Shown here piece after piece: positions 8,860 to 16,673 of a stretch of 19,460 nucleotides of DNA. Position numbers and translations under genes: made by a program. The DNA is from Candidatus Micrarchaeaceae archaeon (GTDB lineage Archaea; Micrarchaeota; Micrarchaeia; Micrarchaeales; CABMGC01). Within the stretch, counting starts at the first letter, position 1. Each line of letters begins with the position of its first letter. The notes below the pieces were generated by a model that worked only from the letters and a program-made list of their open reading frames with translations, was not told the DNA's origin and ran no database searches. The stretch is from NCBI GenBank assembly GCA_038873795.1, contig JAVZDR010000010.1, forward strand, positions 1-19,460, written 5' to 3'.

Positions 8860-11370
8860 CTACTTGTTCTGCTCAGCTAACCTTATGTTTGCATCGATCA
8901 ACTCGAGGGTCTGCTTGAATGCGCGCCTTATGACGCTGCGCATGTTGGATTTTTTGCTGAAAAACTCAACAATATCTTCTCGCTCCCTTTCGCTTGAGAT
9001 TGAGGCAAGGTCTGTGAGGAAGCTTCTCAGTATGTTGCCGGCTCCTGAATACCTGCTCATCAGCGTCTTCCAATTTTTCTTGGTCCAGCCCCATATAATC
9101 TTCTTTCCAACAGGATTAGCTGAGACGGAATTGTGGATTATGTAGGAATCCTGGGGCCTTATGGATTTAGAGAGTGAGAGCGCGAGTGCAGACTTGAGCA
9201 GGGCTTTGTCCTTAAATTTGCCAATGGCTCTGATGCAGTGCACCTTTTCGTCAGGCAGGTCCGCCCTGTTGTACATCTCAAGAAGCCTCTTGTATATACG
9301 CCTGCCGCCGCTCCATGCTGCGAGCGCATATACCGCGCCCTTTATATTTGGGTCAACCTTTTTGTTGCTGTATGCTTTGGCAAAGAGTTCGGTGGCCATC
9401 TTCACTGCCCTGCTGTTTCCTGAAAAGCCTGAGGCAAGCAGCGCAAGATTCCTGAGCTTTGATATAGAAGGCTTTTCATCGCTCTTTGCACGCCAGCCTA
9501 TGCCGCCAAGCACATTGTTGCTAAACGCCTGCAAAGTGTATGCAACATCTGTATAGTATTTCTTGCCATAAGAGGCAGAGAGCAGCCACATGAGGTGTGA
9601 GAGTATGCTTGCGTTGGCGGGGTACTCTGAATCGCCCATATACCTGGTTATGAAATCAAGGTATTCCCTTATCTCTATCTTGCCGGATCTTGCCAGGTCG
9701 AAGAGGTCGTTTTCGATGCCCCAGCCGTCTATGCTGCCAATTTTTTTCTCCTTTATCTTTCTTCCTATTTCATCAAGCATCGGTTTTGGATAATGGACCC
9801 TATAGAGATAGAGCTGGCCTTTATTTAGCTTTACCCAGCCCCTGATCTTCAGCCGCGCAGTTCTTGAATCAATAAAGATGCTGCCCTCACCGCGTTCTGA
9901 TATATATTCTATGGGTAGCGGCCACGCTGATCTAGGCTTTGATTCTACGCTTATGGTGTGTTTCTTCTGTACAAGCTTTATCCCGTTTCTGCCTTGCTCG
10001 ACAACCACAACTGGATAGCCAGGCGTGTTTATCCAGTGGCTCATGAATTCCATTATGCCCTTCCGCCCATGCATCTGCAGAGATGCATTTTGCACAGCCG
10101 CCCAGAGGTCCTGCTTTGTAGCGTTTGAGTAGGAATGCCTCTTCAGGTACAAGTGAAGGCCTGCCCTGAATGCTGCGCTCCCTGCATAAGCCTCAAGCAT
10201 GCGGAGGACGCTGCCGCCCTTCTCATAACTTATTCCATCGAAGATGCTCTCTATCTCCTCCGGCGTCCTTACGGCCACATTTATAGGGTGGGTGTTGCGG
10301 AGCTCGTCGAAGCTCAGGGCATATGAGAGTGTACTCGTTGTGTATTCTATCTCCTCATCCCATCCAGGATGTGTTGCATTAATCGCTTTGCTCGACATAT
10401 AAGTGGCGAAGCTCTCGTTGAGCCAGAGATCATCCCACCATCTCATTGTAACAAGATCGCCGAACCACTGATGCGCTATCTCGTGCGCTATTATTCTTGC
10501 AATATTCTGCATATCTGCAACGGATGTCAGCTTTTCGTCAGCAAGCAGATCAACCTCTCTAAAGGTTATTGCACCCCAGTTCTCCATCGCACCGGCAGCA
10601 AAGTCAGGCACGGCTATAAGGTCCAGCTTTGGGAGAGGGAACTTTATGCCGAGATAATTCTGATAGTATCTGAGGGACTCCTTTGCGAAGTTCAGGGCCA
10701 GCTTGCCGTACTTTATCTTATCTCCTGTTGCGGCAACCCTTATGGTTGTACCCCCAAGCGTGCCTTGAAGGAATTTGAATTCGCCGACACCCATATAGAG
10801 CAGGTAGGTTGACATCTTTGGCGTCCTGTAGAACCTTACTGTCTTCTTGTCGCCTTTGTAATCCTCCCTCTTGATAGGCATGTTTGAGATGGCTGAAAGA
10901 TTCTTCTTTATTGTTATCGAAACGTCGAAGGTGGCCTTGAGGTCTGGCCTATCGAAGCACGGGAAGGCTGCCCTTGCATCTGTAGGCTCGAACTGCGTCG
11001 TAAGGATGTATTTTTTCTTTCCGTTGGCATAGTACTCACTCCTATAGAAGCCATACATCTTGCTGTTGTGGATGCCCCTGTAGTCAATCGAGATGCGTAT
11101 AGGCCCGTAGACTGGTCTTCTTAGAAGCAAGGTTGCGGTCTCGTCTTTCTTGCTAACAAGTATTTTGGCTATTTGCTCTTTGCCGTGCGATGCCACATGC
11201 GCAGAAAATAATTCGAGCTCCTTTGCATCGAGAGAGATGCGTCTCGTCTTTTTTACGGCATTTGCCTCTATGCTCACATTGCCTTTGAATGAGAAACCCT
11301 CCCGATCTGGCTCAATTGATATGGAGTAATTCATCGGAATAATTAACTTGCTGGAACTGCTGCTCTCCAT
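8860..11370 (-). CDS. M1-family zinc aminopeptidase (tricorn-interacting factor F2/F3 / PepN-like, ERAP1-type C-terminus)
   Basis: TQFEPTDARAAFPCFD, GAMENWG, HEIAHQWFGDLVTMRWWDDLWLNESFA (HEXXH-18-E), YEKG. Confidence 0.95.
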   Translation of the reverse strand: MESSSSSKLIIPMNYSISIEPDREGFSFKGNVSIEANAVKKTRRISLDAKELELFSAHVASHGKEQIAKILVSKKDETATLLLRRPVYGPIRISIDYRGIHNSKMYGFYRSEYYANGKKKYILTTQFEPTDARAAFPCFDRPDLKATFDVSITIKKNLSAISNMPIKREDYKGDKKTVRFYRTPKMSTYLLYMGVGEFKFLQGTLGGTTIRVAATGDKIKYGKLALNFAKESLRYYQNYLGIKFPLPKLDLIAVPDFAAGAMENWGAITFREVDLLADEKLTSVADMQNIARIIAHEIAHQWFGDLVTMRWWDDLWLNESFATYMSSKAINATHPGWDEEIEYTTSTLSYALSFDELRNTHPINVAVRTPEEIESIFDGISYEKGGSVLRMLEAYAGSAAFRAGLHLYLKRHSYSNATKQDLWAAVQNASLQMHGRKGIMEFMSHWINTPGYPVVVVEQGRNGIKLVQKKHTISVESKPRSAWPLPIEYISERGEGSIFIDSRTARLKIRGWVKLNKGQLYLYRVHYPKPMLDEIGRKIKEKKIGSIDGWGIENDLFDLARSGKIEIREYLDFITRYMGDSEYPANASILSHLMWLLSASYGKKYYTDVAYTLQAFSNNVLGGIGWRAKSDEKPSISKLRNLALLASGFSGNSRAVKMATELFAKAYSNKKVDPNIKGAVYALAAWSGGRRIYKRLLEMYNRADLPDEKVHCIRAIGKFKDKALLKSALALSLSKSIRPQDSYIIHNSVSANPVGKKIIWGWTKKNWKTLMSRYSGAGNILRSFLTDLASISSEREREDIVEFFSKKSNMRSVIRRAFKQTLELIDANIRLAEQNK

Positions 11371-11507
11371 TTTGCCACCAGTAGAAGGAATTGGTGAGCA
11401 AAAAATATAAGGCTAGTGCACATTTCCTTGGCTGATTATAAAAATAAGATCAACCAAAACAATATCTTTAAATATTAGAAAATGGAGAAAAGATATCGTG
11501 GGTGGGG

Positions 11508-11801
11508 ATGGAAGTGAGAATATCGCTATCTGAGAGTGAGTTATCTGCAGAAGATCCTGTTCCCGAAAAGCACTTTGGGAAAATGTCAAGTTCTGAGATA
11601 AAGGAGGCATTGAAAGCGGACTTTCCGAAAGTGAGCGAAGATCTAATCGAGTATACAATAACCGCAAGGGATGAGAGATGGAAGGTTCTGAAGGCACTCG
11701 ACGAGCTTGTATATGAGGATCCTCGCTATGCAAAGGCCGCAGCAGCAAGCAAGGAAGCAATAGAAACAATAGAGTGGCTCCAGAGATTGAAGGAGGGATA
11801 A
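11508..11801 (+). CDS. Small hypothetical protein (about 97 aa, acidic, probably helical)
   Basis: ORF from GTG 11502 or ATG 11508 with a GTGGGTGGGG purine-rich RBS-like element, AT-rich upstream region (TTTAAATA) and a terminator directly downstream. No family recognised. Confidence 0.65.
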   Translation: MEVRISLSESELSAEDPVPEKHFGKMSSSEIKEALKADFPKVSEDLIEYTITARDERWKVLKALDELVYEDPRYAKAAAASKEAIETIEWLQRLKEG

Positions 11802-11817
11802 CCAGCTAGCAGCTTAG

Positions 11818-11847
11818 TTGGGGGCATCGCAGTGCCTCCAATTTTTT
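11818..11847 (+). terminator. Hairpin + T-tract intrinsic terminator
   Basis: TTGGGGGCA-tcgcag-TGCCTCCAA (9-bp stem with one G:U) followed by TTTTTT, between convergent stop codons at 11801 and 11862. Confidence 0.65.
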
Positions 11848-11861
11848 GCAGATATGGCGTA

Positions 11862-13145
11862 TTATCCTATCTGCTCAGGCCTGCTATGGGTGCGGCTTTT
11901 TCTCTTCGGCTGCTCGGCGCGCTCAGATTTAACCTCATTTGCATAGATGTACATTCCAACTGAGGATATAACATTTGTAAAGAGGATTGTAAGAAATATA
12001 AGGTCAAGGAATCCTGGCACAATGATACCATATGCGGCTGGCAGCGTTGCTACTATTGCGGGCGATAGTCCCCTGCTGACATTGAACTTCACAAGGGTTC
12101 TCTCGCTTTCGCCTCTGGCATTGTGGCTGAAGAATTGGTTGAGCATAGGCACGAAAAATGGCCTAAGGAGGAGTACTGCTATAGAGAGTGCCACAGCAAT
12201 AAGGATGAGGTTTATGCCAAGGCCTTCAGAAGCAAAGAGCATGCCTATGTAGACGAAGAAGAAAGTGCTCACAAAGAATGTTATCTCCTTCTGGTAAGAC
12301 TTTATAGACCTGAACTCCTTGCTTATGTCGTAGGTATAGGCCTTTATCCAATCTATCTCTGGCAGGTTTGCAAGCGTTATGCTGAATGCAAATACAACAA
12401 TCGCTCCGCTCATAGAAAGCGCCTGCGCAACGCCATATGTGGCTACGACCATAGTTATAGTGAGCATCCAGCTATACTCTCTACTGTAGCTCTCGAATTT
12501 CTTGAGGAGGAAGATCCAGAATGCGGCAGAGGCGATGCCGAGCAATGTGGAGCCGAATATGGCACCAAATACCAAGCCTAAAGCTGAGCCTATAGTGAAG
12601 GTATGGAAGACAAGAATGTAAAGAAGCAGGGTTGGGATTATAAGCTGCACAGAATCAGTAGTAATGCTCTCGAAGAGTAGGGATGACCTTAGGTCCTCAT
12701 TGACCTTGCTGTTCTTAAGCAAGGTAGGCACCACTATTGCGCTTGGGCCTGCAAGCCCGAAGCCAGCTATGAACGAGATTATTGGGCTCCAGTGCGTCGC
12801 TACAAGTATTATGAGGCTTAGCACTATGCCGGTGGTTATTGCCAGCGAGAATGTGAATTTAGTTGTGGCTGCGATTACCTTCTGGAGCCTTATGACCTTT
12901 ATGCTAAGGCCGGCATCGAAAAGCACAAACGCTATCGCTATGCCTTCCACATAAGGCGCAATGCCTGCTATCGTGCTGCCAGGCGATGTGTTTAGTATGT
13001 GGAGCACAGGCCCTATGAGAAGCCCAATAATCATAAGAGGCAATATCCCAGCAATCTTGATCCTGTCGAAGAGCGCGTAGAGTATGTAGCCTAGGAAGAC
13101 AATGCCGGCAAAGAGCAGGAACAGCGTAGTGACACTTATCACCAA
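11862..13145 (-). CDS. Cation:proton antiporter (CPA1/NhaP-like)
   Basis: About 12-13 hydrophobic segments; GLLIGP, VLFDAGL, FESITTD, FFFVYIG, RGLSPAIVA are typical CPA motifs. TTG or GTG start. Confidence 0.88.
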   Translation of the reverse strand: MVISVTTLFLLFAGIVFLGYILYALFDRIKIAGILPLMIIGLLIGPVLHILNTSPGSTIAGIAPYVEGIAIAFVLFDAGLSIKVIRLQKVIAATTKFTFSLAITTGIVLSLIILVATHWSPIISFIAGFGLAGPSAIVVPTLLKNSKVNEDLRSSLLFESITTDSVQLIIPTLLLYILVFHTFTIGSALGLVFGAIFGSTLLGIASAAFWIFLLKKFESYSREYSWMLTITMVVATYGVAQALSMSGAIVVFAFSITLANLPEIDWIKAYTYDISKEFRSIKSYQKEITFFVSTFFFVYIGMLFASEGLGINLILIAVALSIAVLLLRPFFVPMLNQFFSHNARGESERTLVKFNVSRGLSPAIVATLPAAYGIIVPGFLDLIFLTILFTNVISSVGMYIYANEVKSERAEQPKRKSRTHSRPEQIG

Positions 13146-13154
13146 ATTGCCTCT

Positions 13155-14705
13155 TCAAAGCCTCATCTGACCGCTCGCGCGGGCAATCCTCCTTTCTTCC
13201 ATTTCCTCTTTTAGCTTGTTGATTATGTAAAGCATCTTGCGCTCCCTCTGCATCGAAACAAATAGGTACGTCATGTCCTTTGTGTCGTTAGTAGTGAGCA
13301 CCACTATGTCGCCAGCCCTTACGCGGCCAGCCCTGCCCCTCCTCTGTATGTTCCTTATTTCGTTAGGGATCGGCTCATAGAATATGACAAGGTCTACGGC
13401 TGGTATGTCAAGGCCTTCCTCACCTATTGAGCTCGCCACAAGCACGTCGAACTTCTTCTCCCTGAAATCTGCGATAGTCTGCTTCTGCGCCTCTTGGGTT
13501 ACGCCCTCCCTCTTGCCCACGAAGGCCCTTGCGGCAAAGCCTTTTTTGAGAAGGAGATCAACAAGCATCTTTATCGTCGACCTGTACTGGGCGAAGACTA
13601 TGGTGCTCTTCCCGCGGTAGGCTGCGAGTTGGTTAAGCAGAGCTTCGGTCTTTGGATGCTCTATGCCGCTTCTCATGGCGCTTTCGGCCATGCTTTTTGC
13701 TATGGCTATGTTCCTCTCGCTGAGCAATGAGATGAGGGCCTTGCTCTTTTTCTCCCTTGTACCAAGCCTGTTGAGATAATCGACAAAAGGATAGAGACCC
13801 TCTGTTTGGAGGAGGTCATATGCGTGCAGCAAGTTGAGCAGCTTTATGTAGCTCGCAAAAGCGCCGAACCTGAAGTTCTGCGCCTTTATCTTCATTATCT
13901 CGTCACCGAGCGCTATGAGCCTGCCCTTTGGTATGTTCTGGAATCTCTTGACATAGAGCAGCCCCATCTTGTTCAGGCTTGTGAGGCTTGCTTGTATCAA
14001 CGGCTCAAGTAGTGCAGCTATTCTTCCAATCAATGCGGATTTCTCCACGCTTACTATATGAACGTATTTTGGCAATACATAGCCCACCACATCCTTGTCT
14101 GCAGAGGTCCTGACTTCTATGTCTTCTATGCTAAGGGCGTTGAGCAGCTTTGATATTTTTTCCTTGTTGCCGCCTGGAGATGCTGTAAGCCCAACAATCT
14201 GCACTCCGTGAGTTGTACATTCATTTGCTACATATGTGTACGCGTATCTTCCTACTGCCCTGTGGCATTCATCGAATACCGCGACGCCGAAGTCCTGCAT
14301 TGAAAAGGCCGCGCTTTTCAGGTCATTTGCAACAGTCTGCGGCGTGGCTACAATGACCTTGGCTCTGGCCTCTGCTTGTGCCCTCGCCTTCCTATTCAGG
14401 CTCCCGGTAAGCAGTAGTATGTCATTTGGATCTATCTTCAGCGTGCTTGAGAGGGTAGAGAAATGCTGTTCGCTGAGAGGCTTTGTTGGAGCCAAGAAGA
14501 GGGCCCTCTTGCCATTTGCAAGCGCATTAGCTATGGCAAATGCGCCTATGAGGGTCTTGCCAAGACCTGTAGGCAGTATAACAATTGTGTTCCTGCCCTC
14601 GAAGATTTTCTTTATTATGTTGAACTGGTATTCGCGGAATTCTATGGTGCTAACATTTATGAAGTTTGCGGCATTACCTAACTTATACCATTCGTCGCCG
14701 GGCAT
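13155..14705 (-). CDS. hef: Hef/FANCM (Mph1)-like SF2 helicase, without an ERCC4 nuclease domain
   Basis: REYQ, LPTGLGKT, FLAPTKPL, DECHRAVG.YAY, GLTASPG, HPK, SIGEEGLDIP, YEPIP, QRRGRAGR; 516 aa, ends shortly after motif VI. Confidence 0.9.
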   Translation of the reverse strand: MPGDEWYKLGNAANFINVSTIEFREYQFNIIKKIFEGRNTIVILPTGLGKTLIGAFAIANALANGKRALFLAPTKPLSEQHFSTLSSTLKIDPNDILLLTGSLNRKARAQAEARAKVIVATPQTVANDLKSAAFSMQDFGVAVFDECHRAVGRYAYTYVANECTTHGVQIVGLTASPGGNKEKISKLLNALSIEDIEVRTSADKDVVGYVLPKYVHIVSVEKSALIGRIAALLEPLIQASLTSLNKMGLLYVKRFQNIPKGRLIALGDEIMKIKAQNFRFGAFASYIKLLNLLHAYDLLQTEGLYPFVDYLNRLGTREKKSKALISLLSERNIAIAKSMAESAMRSGIEHPKTEALLNQLAAYRGKSTIVFAQYRSTIKMLVDLLLKKGFAARAFVGKREGVTQEAQKQTIADFREKKFDVLVASSIGEEGLDIPAVDLVIFYEPIPNEIRNIQRRGRAGRVRAGDIVVLTTNDTKDMTYLFVSMQRERKMLYIINKLKEEMEERRIARASGQMRL

Positions 14706-14720
14706 ATGATTATATAACCT

Positions 14721-14740
14721 ATAACGCTTATAAGTTTTGA
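14721..14740. promoter_or_regulatory. Palindromic TATA box CTTATAAG (14727-14734) with BRE-like flanks on both strands
   Basis: Sits in the middle of the 52-bp gap, about 23 nt from the tRNA-Phe 5' end and about 21 nt from the hef ATG. Confidence 0.65.
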
Positions 14741-14757
14741 TGCGTAATAACTAGCGC

Positions 14758-14829
14758 GCCGCAGTAGCTCAGTGGGAGAGCGTCCGGCTGAAGACCGGAA
14801 TGTCGTCGGTTCAAATCCGACCTGCGGCA
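14758..14829 (+). tRNA. tRNA-Phe (GAA), intronless, CCA not encoded
   Basis: GCCGCAG/CTGCGGC acceptor stem, GCTC/GAGC D arm, TCCGG-CTGAAGA-CCGGA anticodon arm, GTCGG-TTCAAAT-CCGAC T arm, discriminator A. Confidence 0.97.
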
Positions 14830-14896
14830 ATTGATAAAACGCTTAAGTCCACCGGAGACAATTTCCGCCCACGCTATTTTCACAAGCATGCACCGT

Positions 14897-15799
14897 TTAC
14901 GCTGACCTTTTCCAATCTAACAAGGCCATGCCAACGGTTATGATAAGCATCCCTGGAACGAAAGATGCCCACGATGCAGGGTTTATAGCTATTGCATAGA
15001 ACATTACTGGCAGAAGCTCAAGATCGCTGAGTATGTAGCCTGTTGCGACTGTTCCTTCGCCAAGCGGCGCAAGCAGCTTCATCATCCAGGTTTCTGCGAA
15101 AAACGAGAAGAAGAGCATCACCGCAGAAACGGTTATGAGAAGAAGGTAGCTTATGCCAATCTTTGGCAGGATTATGACATTGTAGAGGAGCACGAACATG
15201 AAAAGGAAGGCGACAGCCTCTGTTATGGTTATATAGAACATTGTGGCTGTTATGCTCTTTATCCTCAAGGTCGAAAGGTAGTAGAAGTATGTTGCCATGC
15301 CGTAAAGGAAAGCCATGAGAAGCCCATATTCGAATAGCTTTGCGTTTATCGCAACAGCCACGTCGCCAAGAACTGCAGACTCCATAATTAGGCCAGCAGC
15401 TATGAGCACAGAGCCAATGGCATACAGCGCCATGCCACTCTTCTTCTTCCCAGAGATCCACAGCATTATCACAAAGAAGATTATTTCTGCAGATGCAAAC
15501 GAGCTTGCGAACTGCACGCCATTCTGATAGATGAGCACGTAAAACACATAGTTGCCGATGCTGTAAAAGAGGCCTGATACCAGCGGGTATATGGCATCCG
15601 AAGGTGCATATAAGTGCAGATTCCCCTGCGCAGATGCAAACCTCATCACGCTAAGTATTATGAATATGAGCAGGAAAGAGAAGATCGGCGAATAAGCACC
15701 ATTATAGTAATTTGCCAGAAAGCTCAGGCTTATATACCATGCGCTGTATAGAAGCGTTGTAAGTATTGCAACTGAGTATGCTACCCCCTTGCCCTGCAT
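14897..15799 (-). CDS. Polytopic membrane protein, probably DMT/EamA-like transporter (about 10 TM)
   Basis: About 300 aa from ATG 15799 (MQGKGV), ten hydrophobic segments in two five-helix halves. The ORF-track start at 15892 (TTG/GTG type) runs through AT-rich promoter-like sequence. Confidence 0.7.
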   Translation of the reverse strand: MQGKGVAYSVAILTTLLYSAWYISLSFLANYYNGAYSPIFSFLLIFIILSVMRFASAQGNLHLYAPSDAIYPLVSGLFYSIGNYVFYVLIYQNGVQFASSFASAEIIFFVIMLWISGKKKSGMALYAIGSVLIAAGLIMESAVLGDVAVAINAKLFEYGLLMAFLYGMATYFYYLSTLRIKSITATMFYITITEAVAFLFMFVLLYNVIILPKIGISYLLLITVSAVMLFFSFFAETWMMKLLAPLGEGTVATGYILSDLELLPVMFYAIAINPASWASFVPGMLIITVGMALLDWKRSA

Positions 15800-15938
15800 G
15801 AAAACCCAATTTGTTGCACAGATGGCGCCAAAGCCACAACAACAAAGGTATAAAAACATAAAATATAATAAATATGGAGGTTGGGATTGCACAGATATTA
15901 GAATGCGGGCGCAATATGTTGCCTTGTTTGATGGGCAT

Positions 15939-16011
15939 GCGGTCGTAGTCTAGCCTGGTAGGACGCGGCCTTGCCAAGGCTGCAACCCGGGTTCAAATCC
16001 CGGCGGCCGCA
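15939..16011 (+). tRNA. tRNA-Gly (GCC), intronless, CCA not encoded
   Basis: GCGGTCG/CGGCCGC acceptor stem, CGGCC-TTGCCAA-GGCTG anticodon arm, CCGGG-TTCAAAT-CCCGG T arm, discriminator A (archaeal/eukaryal Gly type). Confidence 0.97.
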
Positions 16012-16424
16012 TCATGGTTGTATCTTCTGCTGCCCTGCATCAATCTGAAAAGCAACTCTTTGTTGTCGTTCTCTGCTGCCTTTACATTTTTATGCATGTG
16101 GCATTTCTCGCACTCATAGTGTATTATGAAATTCGCCTTATCGTATTCCGCGGAAATCGGTCTCATCATTCCGCCGCATTCCGCAGCTCTGTCGCCTGGA
16201 TTTATATCAACATGCTTGCTGTAAAGGCAGTTTGGGCAATGGTCCGTGTAGCCATTGCCCTTCACATAAGCGCCACAGTGAGCACATACAAAGTCCTCCT
16301 TGCGCTTTTGGAATTTTTTAGGCTCGGGGGCTCGAAGACGGTCTGCGGGCATTTCGGCTTTCTTTTTTGAGTAATTTGCAGCATTATAGTTTGGCATGCT
16401 CCTTCGCCCATCAATTATTGCCAT
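15993..16424 (-). CDS. RNHCP-domain zinc-binding protein
   Basis: FVCAHCG...YTDHCPNCLYSKHVDINPGDRAAECGGMMRPI...YECEKCH matches the RNHCP family pattern. True start is uncertain (16424, 16397 or 16352). Confidence 0.85.
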   Translation of the reverse strand: MAIIDGRRSMPNYNAANYSKKKAEMPADRLRAPEPKKFQKRKEDFVCAHCGAYVKGNGYTDHCPNCLYSKHVDINPGDRAAECGGMMRPISAEYDKANFIIHYECEKCHMHKNVKAAENDNKELLFRLMQGSRRYNHDAAAGI

Positions 16425-16673
16425 AATTTGTTGGCCTCATTCCCGCAAAGGCTGATCCCATCAAGACTCCAAAGAAATCTCCACAAAATTTAGGATTATA
16501 TCGCAGTCAATATTTATATATTTATTTACGCAACTTTGGTTGTGGCAGGCAGTTTACCAATGCCCATCAACCTCTCCTTTCCGCAAATAATAAAATAGCT
16601 TTGTGTCATATATGCTTAGGGATTTTGGGTTTGAAAGTTTGCTGGAGGTTTTGCCTCCTTCAGATGTGGAAAA

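Noticed and set aside
11413..11769. Minus-strand 118-aa ORF as an alternative to 11508-11801
   Set aside because: Leu/Ser/Pro-rich shadow composition; the RBS and terminator support the plus-strand ORF.
14808..16003. Shared GGTTCAAATCC in two places as an att-like direct repeat
   Set aside because: Both copies are T-loops of complete tRNAs; no integrase or partial tRNA copy is present in the window.
16425..16673. Riboswitch or structured leader upstream of ubiD (includes the small hairpin GGAGG-TTTTG-CCTCC)
   Set aside because: Only a 5-bp stem and no recognisable aptamer consensus; compatible with an ordinary divergent promoter region (TTTATATA near 16513-16520).
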